Positions 6,322 through 7,301 of a stretch of DNA of 7,301 nucleotides are shown here, in pieces. The stretch's first letter is position 1; each line of letters starts with the position of its first letter. The notes under the pieces are model-generated. The model was not told where the DNA came from and searched no databases. It worked only from the letters and a program-made list of their open reading frames with translations. Source of the stretch: a virus (Duplodnaviria > Heunggongvirae > Uroviricota > Caudoviricetes); IMG/VR virus record IMGVR_UViG_2703718791_000006, positions 1-7,301 of that record, one strand, 5' to 3'. The translations under genes were made by a program, and so were the position numbers.

Positions 6322-6756
6322 ATGATTGATAAAGCTTGTTTTGTAAGTCAGCAGGAAATAGCTGAACATTTCAAGGTTAACAGAACCACTATTCGCGCAT
6401 GGACCAAACAGGGGATGCCGTATCTTAATGCGGATCGCGGAAAGTCCGGCGGTTATCACATCGGGCATACATTGCTTTGGTCTTCAGGTAAAAGCCATCT
6501 TGAGGCCATTGGATATCACGTAGAAACCAGTGCGCTGGAAAAAATTATGTTTGCCAGGCTGCTTTCATCTGAGCGTGACGAGTACTCCAGTGAAGAAACA
6601 GAACATCGATTTGATGAAGGTTTGCAGATTTACGGATATTCACCGGAAGATGTGAGCAAGGCACGAAATAAAATGGCTGGCTTTCTGGCTGGGTGGCGTC
6701 ATGCCGTAAGCGTTCGCCGTGCCAGCATGGAGCAATCAGCCGATACAGAACAGTAA
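6322..6756 (+). CDS. small terminase-like protein, phage Nu1 family (N-terminal winged-HTH DNA-binding domain)
   Basis: 144 aa. N-terminus SQQEIAEHFKVNRTTIRAWTKQGMPYL parallels lambda Nu1 KKQLADIFGASIRTIQNWQEQGMPVL. It is shorter than Nu1 (181 aa) and diverges after the HTH. It sits about 90 bp downstream of the cos copy 1 cohesive end, where lambda has Nu1. Confidence 0.75.
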   Translation: MIDKACFVSQQEIAEHFKVNRTTIRAWTKQGMPYLNADRGKSGGYHIGHTLLWSSGKSHLEAIGYHVETSALEKIMFARLLSSERDEYSSEETEHRFDEGLQIYGYSPEDVSKARNKMAGFLAGWRHAVSVRRASMEQSADTEQ

Positions 6757-6824
6757 AGCCGATAACTTGTTAATCACTCGCAGCAATGCATGTGATTTGT
6801 GCACACTTTCGGTTAACTGGTTCG

Positions 6825-6921
6825 ATGTCCGGTTTTAGTGTCTGTTTTTTGCGCATGTCCGGTTCATGGAAAGCATGTTTTTATATTTTTCATATGGTTA
6901 ACTTGCAGAGAAACCGGACAT
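6825..6921. repeat. three 10-bp ATGTCCGGTT repeats in a cosB-like R-I-R-R layout (candidate small-terminase binding sites)
   Basis: ATGTCCGGTT at 6825-6834 and 6855-6864 on the top strand and inverted (AACCGGACAT) at 6912-6921, with an AT-rich stretch (about 6876-6896) between the direct pair and the inverted copy. GGTTAACT also recurs at 6810 and 6895. Lies between the terS stop and the inverted cohesive-end sequence. Confidence 0.5.
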
Positions 6922-6924
6922 GGA

Positions 6925-7003
6925 TCCCGAAAAATTTTCATAAATAGTGAAAACGCGCGAGGTCGCCGCCCCGTAACGGGCCATAATTCCAGGAAGGACC
7001 CGA
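6925..7003 (-). other. second lambda-type cos site, inverted (cosQ-like, cosN, I2-like)
   Basis: Bottom strand reads CGGGTCCTTCCTGG..CGTTACG-GGGCGGCGACCT-CGCGCGTTTTCACTATTTATGAAAATTTTT. The cohesive-end 12-mer occupies 6960-6971 on the minus strand. 6956-6980 is a perfect 25-bp inverted repeat of 6212-6236, with imperfect similarity continuing on both sides. The cosQ-like element differs from lambda at a few positions. Confidence 0.65.
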
Positions 7004-7035
7004 CGACACCAGGCTATCAGAACGATGGGGGCACA

Positions 7036-7301
7036 ATGACAGAAGCCGAACTACTGCGATTAATCCGCCGCGTTACCGGAATCAGCCAGCAGCATGACGA
7101 ACAGGGCACGCAACCGGACAGCGTGACCGCTGAAAATTATGCGCGTGTTGTTGCTGAGGTGATGCGCCGTGATGGTATTGAGCTTAACGGCGTGGATATG
7201 CGCAACATACGAACCAGAGTCCTTGAGTTGCTGGCATACCGTCGCCGCGTGGAGATGTATCGGGAGAAGGAGAAAATCACGTACCACTGGAAGAAGCCGG
7301 A
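7036..7301 (+). CDS. 5' part of an ORF running off the right edge; product unknown
   Basis: ATG 7036 preceded by GATGGGGG, open in frame 1 to the window end (MTEAELLRLIRRVTGISQQHDEQ...). Not in the ORF track because it has no stop in window. No match to the lambda gpA N-terminus; resemblance to the lambda FI N-terminus is too weak to call. Confidence 0.45.
   Translation, partial: MTEAELLRLIRRVTGISQQHDEQGTQPDSVTAENYARVVAEVMRRDGIELNGVDMRNIRTRVLELLAYRRRVEMYREKEKITYHWKKP

Noticed and set aside
5925-6468. Minus-strand ORFs 5925..6206 and 6187..6468 across the terminator, cos and terS start
   Set aside because: They run through the terminator hairpin and cos copy 1 and overlap the Nu1-like gene. 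Judged spurious.
7060-7287. 75-aa minus-strand ORF at the right edge
   Set aside because: It overlaps the plus-strand partial ORF that begins with a good SD at 7036. Coding strand not provable, but plus is favoured.
7036-7301. Large terminase (gpA-like) gene following terS
   Set aside because: The translated N-terminus bears no resemblance to the lambda gpA N-terminus as recalled.
1-7301. P2/P4-type cos, integrase, att site or tRNA
   Set aside because: None could be identified in this window. The cos present is lambda-type, and the island ends must lie outside.

Overview
All credible genes are on the + strand and form a compact, modular island that reads like a phage satellite (PICI/P4-like) parasitising a lambda-type cos helper, not an ordinary prophage segment. 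In order: (i) a chain of small, translationally coupled ORFs (2..1137) ending in a 582-aa P4-alpha/D5-type SF3 helicase (1134..2882); (ii) an array of 12 GGTAGA/TCTACC hexamers in both orientations (2896..3124), a probable iteron origin; (iii) a 104-aa ORF coupled to a short SSB with the canonical DDIPF tail (3166..3887), followed by tandem terminators; (iv) a promoter carrying two palindromic operators, driving a 68-aa possible RHH protein, a full-length lambda gpE-like major capsid protein (4331..5386), a lambda gpD-like decoration protein (5398..5733) and a 137-aa unknown; (v) a terminator followed directly by a lambda-type cos site (cosQ, the 12-nt GGGCGGCGACCT cohesive end, I2-like region) and a short Nu1-like small terminase (6322..6756); (vi) downstream, three ATGTCCGGTT repeats in a cosB-like R-I-R-R layout and a second, inverted cos copy sharing a perfect 25-bp inverted repeat with the first; (vii) a 5'-partial ORF running off the right edge. 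No portal, prohead protease, scaffold, large terminase, integrase, tRNA or CRISPR array is visible. The candidate novel system is a satellite that brings its own capsid shell and decoration proteins, its own small terminase and cosB specificity, and two opposed cos sites, while presumably taking portal, protease, large terminase and tails from a lambdoid helper. Homology calls rest on reading the translations against lambda gpE, gpD, Nu1, the lambda cos sequence and E. coli SSB recalled from memory; no searches were run.
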